Source of the DNA: Andalucia godoyi And28
Taxonomy: Eukaryota > Protista > Jakobida
Direction of reading: 5' to 3'
DNA length: 64,000 nucleotides
Assembly (NCBI GenBank): GCA_009859145.1
Contig: VRVR01000026.1
Span: forward strand, 1-64,000
Shown piece by piece: positions 49,617 through 59,219 of this stretch. Within the stretch, counting starts at the first letter, position 1; each line of letters begins with the position of its first letter. The notes below the pieces were generated by a model. It worked only from the letters and a program-made list of their open reading frames with translations, made no database searches and was not told where the DNA came from. Made by a program: the position numbers and the translations under genes.

Positions 49617-50540
49617 ATGCCGGAGAATCTGAGTCATATACGAAACAAGAAGGTTCGGTCTCGAGTGTTTCAAGAGACGAAAGCCAAGGAAAAGGTTGAC
49701 AAGAGCAAAGAGCGGCGACGCCTGAAGCGCCTTGCAGAATCGGACCCGGAAAATGCGCCTGCAAAGAAGATTCCAAAGACTCTAGATTCCAAACGGGAAG
49801 AGGAAATCACGACTGTTCAACCTGGCGACGAAGAGGTTGCTGCGGACCTGGCTCGCGATGAATACTCGACGCCGACTGCTGAGACTCCAAAGATCATGAT
49901 CACAACTTCTGAGAAGCCGTGCCGATTTCTGTTTGAATTTGTAGGCGAATTGCTCAAATTGTTTCCCAATTCATTCTATTACAAGCGAGGAACATTCCGG
50001 ATCAAGGACATCGTAGAGTACGCAAAGGAGATGGGATTTACGGATTTAATGGTCGTCACGGAGTACAACAAGAGACCGTATCAGCTGCTCCTTTCGCATT
50101 TGCCAAAAGGCCCCACTGCGACATTGAGAATACGATCGACCGTGCTCACCCGGCAGATTCGTGGACACGGCGCGGCAACTGATCATCTTCCCGAGCTCAT
50201 CCTGAACCGGTTCACGACGCGAGTGGGTCTGCGGTTTGGTCGAATGGTGCAGGGACTGTTTCCGCCGAAGGCACAGTTCTCGGGCCGCCGTGTAGTGACG
50301 TTCCACAACCAACGAGATTTCCTGTTCGTAAGGCACCACAGATACATCTTTGAGGAGGACTCGCAGGGTGTGAAGGAGCACGGAGTCGCGGCAAAGGTTC
50401 GTCTCCAAGAACTCGGTCCGCGACTGACCCTAAAGTTGGTCAGCATCCAAGAAGGCACATTCGACACGGAAAGCGGTGAGTACGAGTATGTTCGCAAGAA
50501 GAAGGATGTGGGGTCGTCCAGAACCAAGTTCTCCCTGTAG
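49617..50540 (+). CDS. RPF1: Ribosome production factor 1 (Brix domain)
   Basis: IRNKKVRS, KIPKTLDSKRE, HLPKGPTA, PELILNRFTTRVG, TFHNQRDFLFVRHHRY and LQELGPRLTLKL motifs. Confidence 0.93.
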   Translation: MPENLSHIRNKKVRSRVFQETKAKEKVDKSKERRRLKRLAESDPENAPAKKIPKTLDSKREEEITTVQPGDEEVAADLARDEYSTPTAETPKIMITTSEKPCRFLFEFVGELLKLFPNSFYYKRGTFRIKDIVEYAKEMGFTDLMVVTEYNKRPYQLLLSHLPKGPTATLRIRSTVLTRQIRGHGAATDHLPELILNRFTTRVGLRFGRMVQGLFPPKAQFSGRRVVTFHNQRDFLFVRHHRYIFEEDSQGVKEHGVAAKVRLQELGPRLTLKLVSIQEGTFDTESGEYEYVRKKKDVGSSRTKFSL

Positions 50541-50588
50541 AATTGTAAACGAAAAAGCCAATCTTCCGTCGACATCTTGCATCGTGCG

Positions 50589-51620
50589 TCATGCAGGACT
50601 GGGACTGTATGGCTGAGCAACATACACGTCCGCCTGCGAATTTCCGGGCCGCTGCATTTCACTGGGATCTTCGTAGGCATTGAAGGACGGATAACCGCCA
50701 TGCTCACCAGAGTATTGCGAATCCTGAGCATGCCCTGTCTGGGTTCCTCCAAAGAGCTCGGCAGGAATCGGCTGAATTTGGAAGACTGCCCCTTGCTGCT
50801 GCTGCAGTAGAAACTCATCGATCATTCTGGACGTTTCCTTTCGCCGAGCAATTTTGTGGTGCTCCCAGCATATCAGGAACGACAGCAGGACCAGCAGGAA
50901 GATGTTCACGCCAACCAAAAACATGCCGTCAGAAAAGCCGTAAGACGCATTTGTGTACTTTGCTGCGCTGGAAGAACCCAGAAGCAGCGATCGGAGTTCT
51001 GCTGCAGCGCTCTCCAATTCTTCGTCGTTGCTACCAAGGGCAATCATCAGTGGTGCTGCAGCTCCTGTGAGGAGGGCAAACCCATTCAGAAGCGTCACAA
51101 AAAGACCCAGGTTCTCCTTCCTGTCGTTCTCTCCCAGCGTCCAGACAACGACCGTGCACATAATCATGAATGAAAACGCGAGTGCCGCACAAACCAGCAT
51201 TCCTGCAATCGGAGCGTATGTCTCCATTGCGGAGATGACGACTTGTGTCTTTGGGAACAAGGCCTGAAAGGAAGATGAAGACTGGCCGGTGCATGGCGTG
51301 TATCGTGCCTCATACTTGTAGTTTCCATCGACATTCACATTCGGAGAGCCTTTGGCGTTCGCAGAGCAATTAAAGTTCGGGAAAAACCCGTCCATGTCGT
51401 AGGAAAAGAGTTTGAAACTCAGAACTGCCCTACTTCCTTTCAGCTCGATCCCGCTCCACTCGGTAGGAATTGTGGAAAAGTAAATGACCATCAGCAGCAT
51501 CGAAACGACCAGTCCTGCGATCTTCGGAACTGTGCATCCCCCCTTTGCAGGTTCAAGAAACGCACCATCCGCATTCACTGGAATTACATTGGAATCCACA
51601 TACACCGGATGGACACTCAT
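50589..51620 (-). CDS. Hypothetical four-TM membrane protein (claudin-like topology)
   Basis: TM1, a Cys-containing loop, three further TM segments and a polar tail. Start placed at MSVHP. Confidence 0.6.
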   Translation of the reverse strand: MSVHPVYVDSNVIPVNADGAFLEPAKGGCTVPKIAGLVVSMLLMVIYFSTIPTEWSGIELKGSRAVLSFKLFSYDMDGFFPNFNCSANAKGSPNVNVDGNYKYEARYTPCTGQSSSSFQALFPKTQVVISAMETYAPIAGMLVCAALAFSFMIMCTVVVWTLGENDRKENLGLFVTLLNGFALLTGAAAPLMIALGSNDEELESAAAELRSLLLGSSSAAKYTNASYGFSDGMFLVGVNIFLLVLLSFLICWEHHKIARRKETSRMIDEFLLQQQQGAVFQIQPIPAELFGGTQTGHAQDSQYSGEHGGYPSFNAYEDPSEMQRPGNSQADVYVAQPYSPSPA

Positions 51621-52240
51621 TGCCTGATGTGCTCCTTGGACTGGTATTTCCGTTGCTGCGGAGGCAGATGAGCGTGTGTGTGCGTGTGTGGCTTCTGACA
51701 CGCGTGGATTGCGCGTGGTACGGGTTCGGTGCGACCGTCCATACCGGCCAGCATGCTCGTTGCTCCGTTGCTGCGTTGCTGTCATATGCACCACTTGATC
51801 TTAGCAAGCGTGTTTTTTTTTGCCGTGCGTGTGTTTGTTATTCTTGCCTAGTGGATGGTTTGTTTGTTGGGTTGTTTGTCTTTCTCTTCATTCTTCATCC
51901 AGAAGCGATGGCCGCCCAGCGCCGAAGTAAAAATCACCCGTTGTACTGCACCGATTTTTTAAAATTATTCTTTCTTTTATGTGTTGAAACGCTTCGGAGA
52001 CTTTCAGGACGTGAGGCTTGCCGCGGGTAAGTGCTTGATGCAATGCAGTACGGTCGGTCGCACTCGGCAGCGGGGACTCGAGCATTCCGTCGTCCGTGGC
52101 ATACAGCAAGAGAATGGCGCTGCCGCGGAAATCCAGCATCACAGAGACGCCGGGGGTCGAGCGCGAGAGCGACGGAGGAAAGGAGGAAAGGAGGAAAGGA
52201 AGAAAGGAAGAAAGAAGAGGAAGAAGGAGAAGGAGAAGAG

Positions 52241-52738
52241 ATGGCAGTGTATAGGGACGTGTTTACGAATCATATATTGTGTTCCGACGAGTTTCCGGTC
52301 AAGGAAATCGACAATGTAGTGTATGTGTTTGAAGGACAGTTGGTGACGGTTTCCGACTCACAAGGGTCCAGCAGGGGGATGGACAAGGAGGCTGCGTCGG
52401 AGCCTGACGCGCGACAGGTGATCAACATTGTCGAGCGATTCAAGCTCACCGAGGTCTCTTTGGACAAGAAATCGTACATGGCATACATCAAGGCGTACAT
52501 CGTCAAGGTAAAGTCGTATCTCGAAATTGCACATCCGTCGCGCGTACAGATCTTCATGACCCAGGCACCCGTGTTTGTGAAGTCAGTCATGGAGAACATC
52601 GACGACTATGTGTACTACACAAACTCCGATATGGATATGCATGGCGCCGTCCTGTTGTGTCGGTATGGCGAAGACGGCGTAACCCCGTTCTTCTTCTTGC
52701 TCAAGGACGGATGCCAGGCCGTGGTCGCCGACCAATGA
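52241..52738 (+). CDS. TPT1: Translationally controlled tumour protein homologue
   Basis: MAVYRDVFTNHILCSD, VINIVERFKL, DKKSYMAYIKAY and DGVTPFFFLLKDG motifs. Confidence 0.88.
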   Translation: MAVYRDVFTNHILCSDEFPVKEIDNVVYVFEGQLVTVSDSQGSSRGMDKEAASEPDARQVINIVERFKLTEVSLDKKSYMAYIKAYIVKVKSYLEIAHPSRVQIFMTQAPVFVKSVMENIDDYVYYTNSDMDMHGAVLLCRYGEDGVTPFFFLLKDGCQAVVADQ

Positions 52739-53048
52739 TCTCCCCCTCCACAAAGGACGCCACAGAGTCACCATTCCGGTTCGATCCGGTTGCGCCTTTT
52801 CATGTAAATATTGCCATCTGTTGTTATCTTGTTCTTCACTCTTCATTTTTTTCTTTTCTTTTCTGGGTGATTGAACAAACCTTGATTTTTCGCTGTTTTT
52901 TCTGTCCTTTTTTTATATATCGCTATCATTATCAGCAGTCGTTTTCTGCTCGTTTTTTCTTCTTCGACACCGTGTCACTTGGTTGTTTAATATATATATA
53001 TATATATATACATTTGGATTGCTGGTATTTGGTCTGGCGCAGGAAGAC

Positions 53049-54725
53049 ATGTCGCAGCTTCCATCGAGCCAGTTTGGGTTTTCTCAACTTTCGCTCTTTA
53101 GCGGCGGCGGTGCTTTAGCGTCATCTTCTTCACAGCGACCCGCAGCAGCTCCTTCGTTTCTAAGAAGACCCGGAGGTTCTCAAAACAGCCAGTCTCTGGC
53201 GTCCGCTGCGTCTTCACTGTCGCAAACCCGAACGGCGGACAAGTGTCAGAACTGCGGTTCCGGTCAGTTTCGTCTCAATGACTGGGGAGGGAAGGTGTGC
53301 GTTGTATGCTTGACGCTGCTGGCCGGATTTCAGTCACAACAGCAAGATACAGAGATGAATCTTGGAATGAGTATGCGGAGAGCTGCAAATGAGAAGCGAT
53401 CCGACCGAACTGGACGCGCGCATGTCGCAGGACTGACTCGGAATGATGACGAAGACGGTGATAATGACGACGAGGACGATGGCGTTGACCACGGCTACCG
53501 CCGCGGAGACGCAGGAACATCAGGTCTCTCCGATGACGAGGACGACAACGCCGCCGCCGACGACGATGAGCATGGTGGTGGTGGTGGTGGTGAAAGTGGC
53601 ACACAACGTAGTTCCCGGATGGTCCGCCGGTCTCGAAAGCAGAAGACGACGTTTGCAACACCGTCCGAGCAGCTTACTCTGGAATGCAAAACGCTGTTCC
53701 GCATCGTGTCCAAGGCTCAGCTTCCTCGATTGGGGCACAAACTGGCACGCGATTATCCGGACTGGTTCACAAAAGCGTCGTACGTCGCCTGGTTCCAGGT
53801 CGTTAGCAAATTGGAGAGCTTGTTTGTGGACCACATTTTGAAAGCCCAAATCGAACAGAAGAGGTTCATGTCGCTATTTTCCGGTATGTCTCTGCAGCAT
53901 TCGGTGTACCTGGTATACTTGTCTCTCTGGTTGACTGGGAAACCTGTTCCGTTGGTTGTCCTGCTGCAGTGGGCAGAGCTTGGGGTGTTCCCGTATCACC
54001 AGGCGTTGTCGTTTGTGGATTTGCCGACGTTTGCGATTTCTCATGTTTTGTCGGCAAAGGATATTGGTGCGTTCCGATGGAGTTACTGGATTGATTGCCG
54101 CGACCTCATTTCTGCGTTCATGTCTGTTTCGCGATCTGTTTCGCGGGTCCTCTCCACTCCGCTCTATTTGCTATCCGGCACCATTACGACGCATTGCAAT
54201 CTTCTGATGGCATGCAAGATTGTATTTTATTTCCTGTCGCAGTCTGGCGACGCTTCATGCAGCGGATCTTCCACAGCTGCAGAGCAGTGGCTACGATTTC
54301 CGCCGGAAATGACAACGCATGCGCTTGTGAAATCCATCGTCGAATGCGAAAACATCGGATTCCGATTCCAACCGTTTCCCCTTCGAGAAAGCGTCGACAA
54401 GGAACATGGACAGCTCGTTCACTACTGGGAGAAATCGGTCTTCCTGTCCGAAAAAACCGCATCGAATGTACAACATGCGTGGGATGTTATTAATGCCAGA
54501 ATCCCTATCGAAACCATCCGCGGACAGCCGCCTGTCAAGAGACCGCGTCTGGCAGCCCGACTTGCGAAGGTGAGCGCTCCAACACCACCTGATTTGGCGG
54601 ATCGATTGCACGAAAGGACAAGCATCCATCGAGAATGCCTCCTTTTTGTAAGCGCACTTGTTCAGCGACGCCTTGACCAGGGACGTGCAGGTTTGCCGCC
54701 GCGAAACCCTCGACCGACATCTTGA
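53049..54725 (+). CDS. RRN7: RNA polymerase I core factor Rrn7/TAF1B-like protein
   Basis: N-terminal Zn ribbon CQNC...GGKVCVVC, an acidic linker, and YLSLWL...LLQWAELGVFPY resembling the Rrn7 cyclin fold. Confidence 0.68.
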   Translation: MSQLPSSQFGFSQLSLFSGGGALASSSSQRPAAAPSFLRRPGGSQNSQSLASAASSLSQTRTADKCQNCGSGQFRLNDWGGKVCVVCLTLLAGFQSQQQDTEMNLGMSMRRAANEKRSDRTGRAHVAGLTRNDDEDGDNDDEDDGVDHGYRRGDAGTSGLSDDEDDNAAADDDEHGGGGGGESGTQRSSRMVRRSRKQKTTFATPSEQLTLECKTLFRIVSKAQLPRLGHKLARDYPDWFTKASYVAWFQVVSKLESLFVDHILKAQIEQKRFMSLFSGMSLQHSVYLVYLSLWLTGKPVPLVVLLQWAELGVFPYHQALSFVDLPTFAISHVLSAKDIGAFRWSYWIDCRDLISAFMSVSRSVSRVLSTPLYLLSGTITTHCNLLMACKIVFYFLSQSGDASCSGSSTAAEQWLRFPPEMTTHALVKSIVECENIGFRFQPFPLRESVDKEHGQLVHYWEKSVFLSEKTASNVQHAWDVINARIPIETIRGQPPVKRPRLAARLAKVSAPTPPDLADRLHERTSIHRECLLFVSALVQRRLDQGRAGLPPRNPRPTS

Positions 54726-57700
54726 GGCTCTTGCTGAGATGCCTCATCTGTATAGTACGCCTGCAGCAACGTGCGTTTTCGTTCTTCCTGTTCGCGTTTG
54801 GCGGCTTCCTGACGCGCCTTTAGGATTTGTGACAAATCGGAGGATTCGTCAGATTCAGAGACCTGCAAGACCTTTGTGCCTTTTCCTTTGAGGAGTACTT
54901 TCACTTCCGTCGGAGCGGTCGCGTTCACAGTTGTTTTCGCATTCGCAGTCTTCGCGGAAGCGAGAGCCAAGGGAGCGACAATGCCTTCTTCTCTTCGTTC
55001 TCGAATGGACTCCATGGTGATCTCACGAATTTGACGGTCAATGTCATCCAGATCATCCTCGTCGTTTTCAAGGTCCGCCAGCGAGTCATCGGAATCGTAC
55101 TCGTCATCATCTTCTTCGGACGACTCTTCATCGTCCTCGTCATCCTCAGCATCTTCGAGGCCATCCTCAAGATCTTCCACATCTTCCTCAAGATCTTCCA
55201 CATCTTCCTCAGCATCATCGTCGTCATCTTCCAGTTCCTCTTCTTCATCTGCCGGCTCCTCCTCCTCCTCCTCGTCGTCGTCGTCGTCGTCCTCGGGATG
55301 TGCCACTGGCCTAGGCTGAGCAGGTGGCGGAGTATCCGCAGTGTGTGAAGCAGCGCTCAGACCAACACCGGGTTTTGATTCGCCGGTCGGAACCGCATTG
55401 GCCACTGCTCTCTCGACCATTTCCGCCAAAACTGCTTCCTCTTTTCTCCAATCCGCAGAGATCAAAATAGGACGGCCGTGGAAGGCATCCGACGGCCGAT
55501 CTGACTTTGGAAACGGCAGGATGGATTTCGCGTTGTACTTCAAAACAGGCGGGGGTAATTTCGGAACCGTCTGCGCAGATGTAGATTTTTTCGAAGGCTT
55601 CCTAACTGGACGGCCCATTAGCAGCTGCCCAGTATAGTTGAATGCAAGTCCGTCAAGGCACTCGCTAACGCGACCAACAAGGTATGCAACGTTCAACTCC
55701 TGAATGGGGGCACCTCGCTTCTCCTTGGACGACTTCAACAGTGCAGAAATATTGTCAATGGAAATTTGCAGGTCGACTGGCAAGGGGAACAAGGGGACAG
55801 AGCCAAGCAGCAGCGCAATCACTGGCAGCTCAACCCACGAATTTGAAATGTCGAATTTTGCAAGCAGCGGCTCCAACAGGTATATTGCTGATCGGAACCG
55901 AAAGATGTTGTCCTCCTTCACATTTGAGGAGGCGGCGGCAGCGGTAGAAGACGTTGGGACCCGCAACAAAAAAAGCACAAGATCCATCCAGGTTCTCGGT
56001 GGGATAATGCCAGCCGAGACACACTCCACAAGAAACGCAATATCCCACGAGCGACGTTGCACACTGAACAGAGCTGGAGCCCATGCAGAGGAATACTCAA
56101 CACGGAAAAGCAGGTCATCCATCACTTCCACGACAAACTGGGCCGCAGGTCGGCTTTCACGGCAAAGTCGCGCCAAGCTTCTTGCAAGAAGAGGGATGGA
56201 TGGAAAATGAATCTTGTGACTGATGGTGAAATGCAGCATCCAGACACAGTCCGGATCCGACCAAACAACTTTCTTGAGTTTGCTAAGCACGAAATCTTCT
56301 GATGACGCCACCGTATGCCGGGAATTCCGATCCTTGCCTACGCTTGTGTTCTGGATGACTGACGCAGACTGAAAGATGTGCTCTATGTACAAGACCAACG
56401 GATGGCAGGCGAGGACAGCAAATTCCGCGCCGCCATACTTTCTTTCCCTTTCTTTCTCCAACTGCCGCTGCACCGTAAACTTTGGAGGAAGAGTTGCAAA
56501 GTAGGCTTGTTCGACTTGCATTGCCACATCCAAAGGCAACACTCGCGCAACCTTCTTTCTCCACATTGTCTCTGCCAATGTCGTGCACCGAACTCTGCTT
56601 TGCGGCCAGCGCGACAGAAAACGGCCGCAAGCTTGCATTAAGAAACACAGTTGCTCCAGAGAAGCAATCGTCCATTCTTCAATCAAGGTCGCCACCCGGT
56701 CTAGCAGAAACGAGGAAACGCCGCGAGCTGAATACTTTTCGGATACAGCAGGGTCGATGACGGACAACAGCAAACAGCACTTTAGAATCTCGCAGAGTAG
56801 CCTTCGATAGCGTGTAACTTTCGAAACCTCCGTGGAAGACGTCAGAGCGGAGATGAGTGAGTTCAAAAGATCGGGACAGATTCCAAAATAATCCAGCCGC
56901 ACAACGCCTCGAATCAGATGCGGGGCAGCCTCAATTCTATAGCTGTTGGACTGCAAACGCACCAAGAGTTTATGGCGCAGCGCTGATTGAAAGCCAGCAG
57001 CATCCTTCTGACAAAGCGACAGATCTCGCATGTTCTTCAACACTTCTTCAATCTTGCTCTTCGTGGTTGCGGAGGCAAAGTTGTCAATCAGGTAATCCAG
57101 CGACTTGTCCTTGGGAACCTTTGAAGCGGATGCCGCAGCAGACCCTGGATCACAGCCGTCCTTCGGATCCTTGGAAACTGGTTCTTCGGTCGCATCTAAC
57201 CCAGGAGCATTCTCCGACTCTGCAACGGGGGCATTCAAACCGGAGTAGAATAATCGAATGTCGTCTTCACGCAGAAGCCATGTCGGAAAGTCTTCCTCTT
57301 CGGCTTGCAGCAATTCCTGTGCAACACTGGCGTCGTCACTCTCGGAAGACTTGGGGACCGGAGCTGTTGGTTGACCCGGATTTTGAGGAGCCGCCGCGGT
57401 CTGAAATGTTTCTGCAAACTTACCCTGGAGCAGAAGAATCACATCTCTCTGGGAGTCGTCTCCTTCCGAAGACGACACATCCACTGGAATTGCCTCTGTT
57501 GCGAATGCGCGAAGAAAAGGGACGAGTGATTTTGGAACCAAAGACTGTTTGTCCAGCAATGGAACAAGAATAGAAATCCACTTTTCCCATTTTTCCCTTG
57601 ATGATATCCACTTCTCCCTCAGGTCTGCAGGAACCTCTCCACGAGAGTACCACATGCTCCTTGTTGCAGCAACCATTTCACGGAAGGAACCGAGACCGGC

Positions 57701-58381
57701 GAGGATGATTGGCAAAAACCTCTGTTGCGCAAATTGGAAATACACCACCTGTCCAATCGCGCTGACGAGTTCTGGGCGACACGGATTCGGCTCAAGCTTG
57801 AAAAAGTACTTTGCAAACCCCGATGCCAGCGGGGCAACGAGCTCCACGTTTGGATTGTTTGCCAATTCATTGCGCAAAGCAGCAAACAAGATCTTTTCCG
57901 AAGTCACCACACCTGCAGCAAGAAAATCGACATACAGCCGAAACAGCGCTCGCTTTCGCAAAACATCGCCTTCATCCTTGCAACATTCATACTGCATTGC
58001 CGTTCCTGCGGCCCCAGTATTCGTCGGTTCTGAGCCACTCGAAGAATGGATCTTCCGGTTCCAGTACGAGACAAGCTCCTGCGAGAACTCTGTGTAATTC
58101 TGATGCAAAAACGACGCAATCCGCACTGCATTAATGATTTCCACAGGTTTAAACTTTGCATCAAGTAGCGCAGACGCACATTCTGAGAGATACCTGGACA
58201 GGTTCAGCGAAGAGCAGATGTCCGAACGAAACTGGTCAATCGGAAAATCCGGAAACCCCTTCAATCGAGCTCGAAACGTTTGCAGCTTCTTGAGCGAAGA
58301 ATCGTGATTTTCATGATTTGGACGATCCGTCGATCCATGAGCACGAAGATTCGTATCTCGCAGCGCAATCAAATCCTCCAT
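54662..58381 (-). CDS. UPF2: Nonsense-mediated decay factor UPF2 (MIF4G repeats)
   Basis: DSSLKK, LNLSRYLSECASAL, LHQNY and CGRFLSRWP motifs plus an acidic C-terminal region. Start at MEDLI. Confidence 0.85.
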   Translation of the reverse strand: MEDLIALRDTNLRAHGSTDRPNHENHDSSLKKLQTFRARLKGFPDFPIDQFRSDICSSLNLSRYLSECASALLDAKFKPVEIINAVRIASFLHQNYTEFSQELVSYWNRKIHSSSGSEPTNTGAAGTAMQYECCKDEGDVLRKRALFRLYVDFLAAGVVTSEKILFAALRNELANNPNVELVAPLASGFAKYFFKLEPNPCRPELVSAIGQVVYFQFAQQRFLPIILAGLGSFREMVAATRSMWYSRGEVPADLREKWISSREKWEKWISILVPLLDKQSLVPKSLVPFLRAFATEAIPVDVSSSEGDDSQRDVILLLQGKFAETFQTAAAPQNPGQPTAPVPKSSESDDASVAQELLQAEEEDFPTWLLREDDIRLFYSGLNAPVAESENAPGLDATEEPVSKDPKDGCDPGSAAASASKVPKDKSLDYLIDNFASATTKSKIEEVLKNMRDLSLCQKDAAGFQSALRHKLLVRLQSNSYRIEAAPHLIRGVVRLDYFGICPDLLNSLISALTSSTEVSKVTRYRRLLCEILKCCLLLSVIDPAVSEKYSARGVSSFLLDRVATLIEEWTIASLEQLCFLMQACGRFLSRWPQSRVRCTTLAETMWRKKVARVLPLDVAMQVEQAYFATLPPKFTVQRQLEKERERKYGGAEFAVLACHPLVLYIEHIFQSASVIQNTSVGKDRNSRHTVASSEDFVLSKLKKVVWSDPDCVWMLHFTISHKIHFPSIPLLARSLARLCRESRPAAQFVVEVMDDLLFRVEYSSAWAPALFSVQRRSWDIAFLVECVSAGIIPPRTWMDLVLFLLRVPTSSTAAAASSNVKEDNIFRFRSAIYLLEPLLAKFDISNSWVELPVIALLLGSVPLFPLPVDLQISIDNISALLKSSKEKRGAPIQELNVAYLVGRVSECLDGLAFNYTGQLLMGRPVRKPSKKSTSAQTVPKLPPPVLKYNAKSILPFPKSDRPSDAFHGRPILISADWRKEEAVLAEMVERAVANAVPTGESKPGVGLSAASHTADTPPPAQPRPVAHPEDDDDDDEEEEEEPADEEEELEDDDDDAEEDVEDLEEDVEDLEDGLEDAEDDEDDEESSEEDDDEYDSDDSLADLENDEDDLDDIDRQIREITMESIRERREEGIVAPLALASAKTANAKTTVNATAPTEVKVLLKGKGTKVLQVSESDESSDLSQILKARQEAAKREQEERKRTLLQAYYTDEASQQEPQDVGRGFRGGKPARPWSRRR

Positions 58382-59219
58382 TCCATGAAATCGACTAATC
58401 GATATGCCCAAACACGACGCAGCAAAGAAAGGACAAGGAAAAAAGGGAAGGAGAAAACAAAAGGATGAATGCATGTCTGCAACAAAAGGGAAAGCTCCCC
58501 TTTTTCTCCACCAGCAATTACAGTGCCTAGCATCATTTGAGACAGCGCTTCCAAACCCGCCAAAAAAACCCACCAACGAAATAAAACAATGCAAAAAGAC
58601 GGAGAGCGCCTCCATCTTTTCTGCTCGTATTCGTTCTTCTGCTTGGGCGTTGTGATTGGCTTGGCTGTCTCCGTCCCAGCAGATTCTACAAGAGAGAAAA
58701 AACGCTTGCAGAAAAAAATAATATTAACAAATCGGGAACGTCAACGTCGGTCTCCAAAGGGTCCCAAACTCCAAACAGCCAAACAGTCCAAACGCGCAAA
58801 AACAGCCCAAAAAACTATTCTCTCCTCTCCCCCCCCCCCTTCTGCCTCTCACCCTGGTGCGGTTTCCAAAAAACAACAACAACAGCAACAACAACAACAA
58901 AAACCAACAAACAAATCCTCCTCTAATTTTCCTTTTGAAAAACAAAGCAACCATTTCCTTTTTATTTTATTTTTATATTATTATTTTTATTTACATCATC
59001 ATCATCATCATCTTCTTCTTCTTTTTAAAATAATATTGTGCTTTTTCTTTCCATATTGCAAAGTTTCGTTTCATCCGCTACCTTTCTCACTTGGTATCTT
59101 TTTTTTTTTTCACTCGTTCTCTTTCCCACTCCTTGTTTAATTTCGCGTGTCTTTGTAACATTGTGGTTTGTGCATTTTCATTTTCCCCTCGAGGTCGCTG
59201 ACAAGAAGAAGTGCTGGAA

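Noticed and set aside
52775-52790. T-loop-like ccggttcgatccgg downstream of TCTP
   Set aside because: 6-nt loop and no cloverleaf context.
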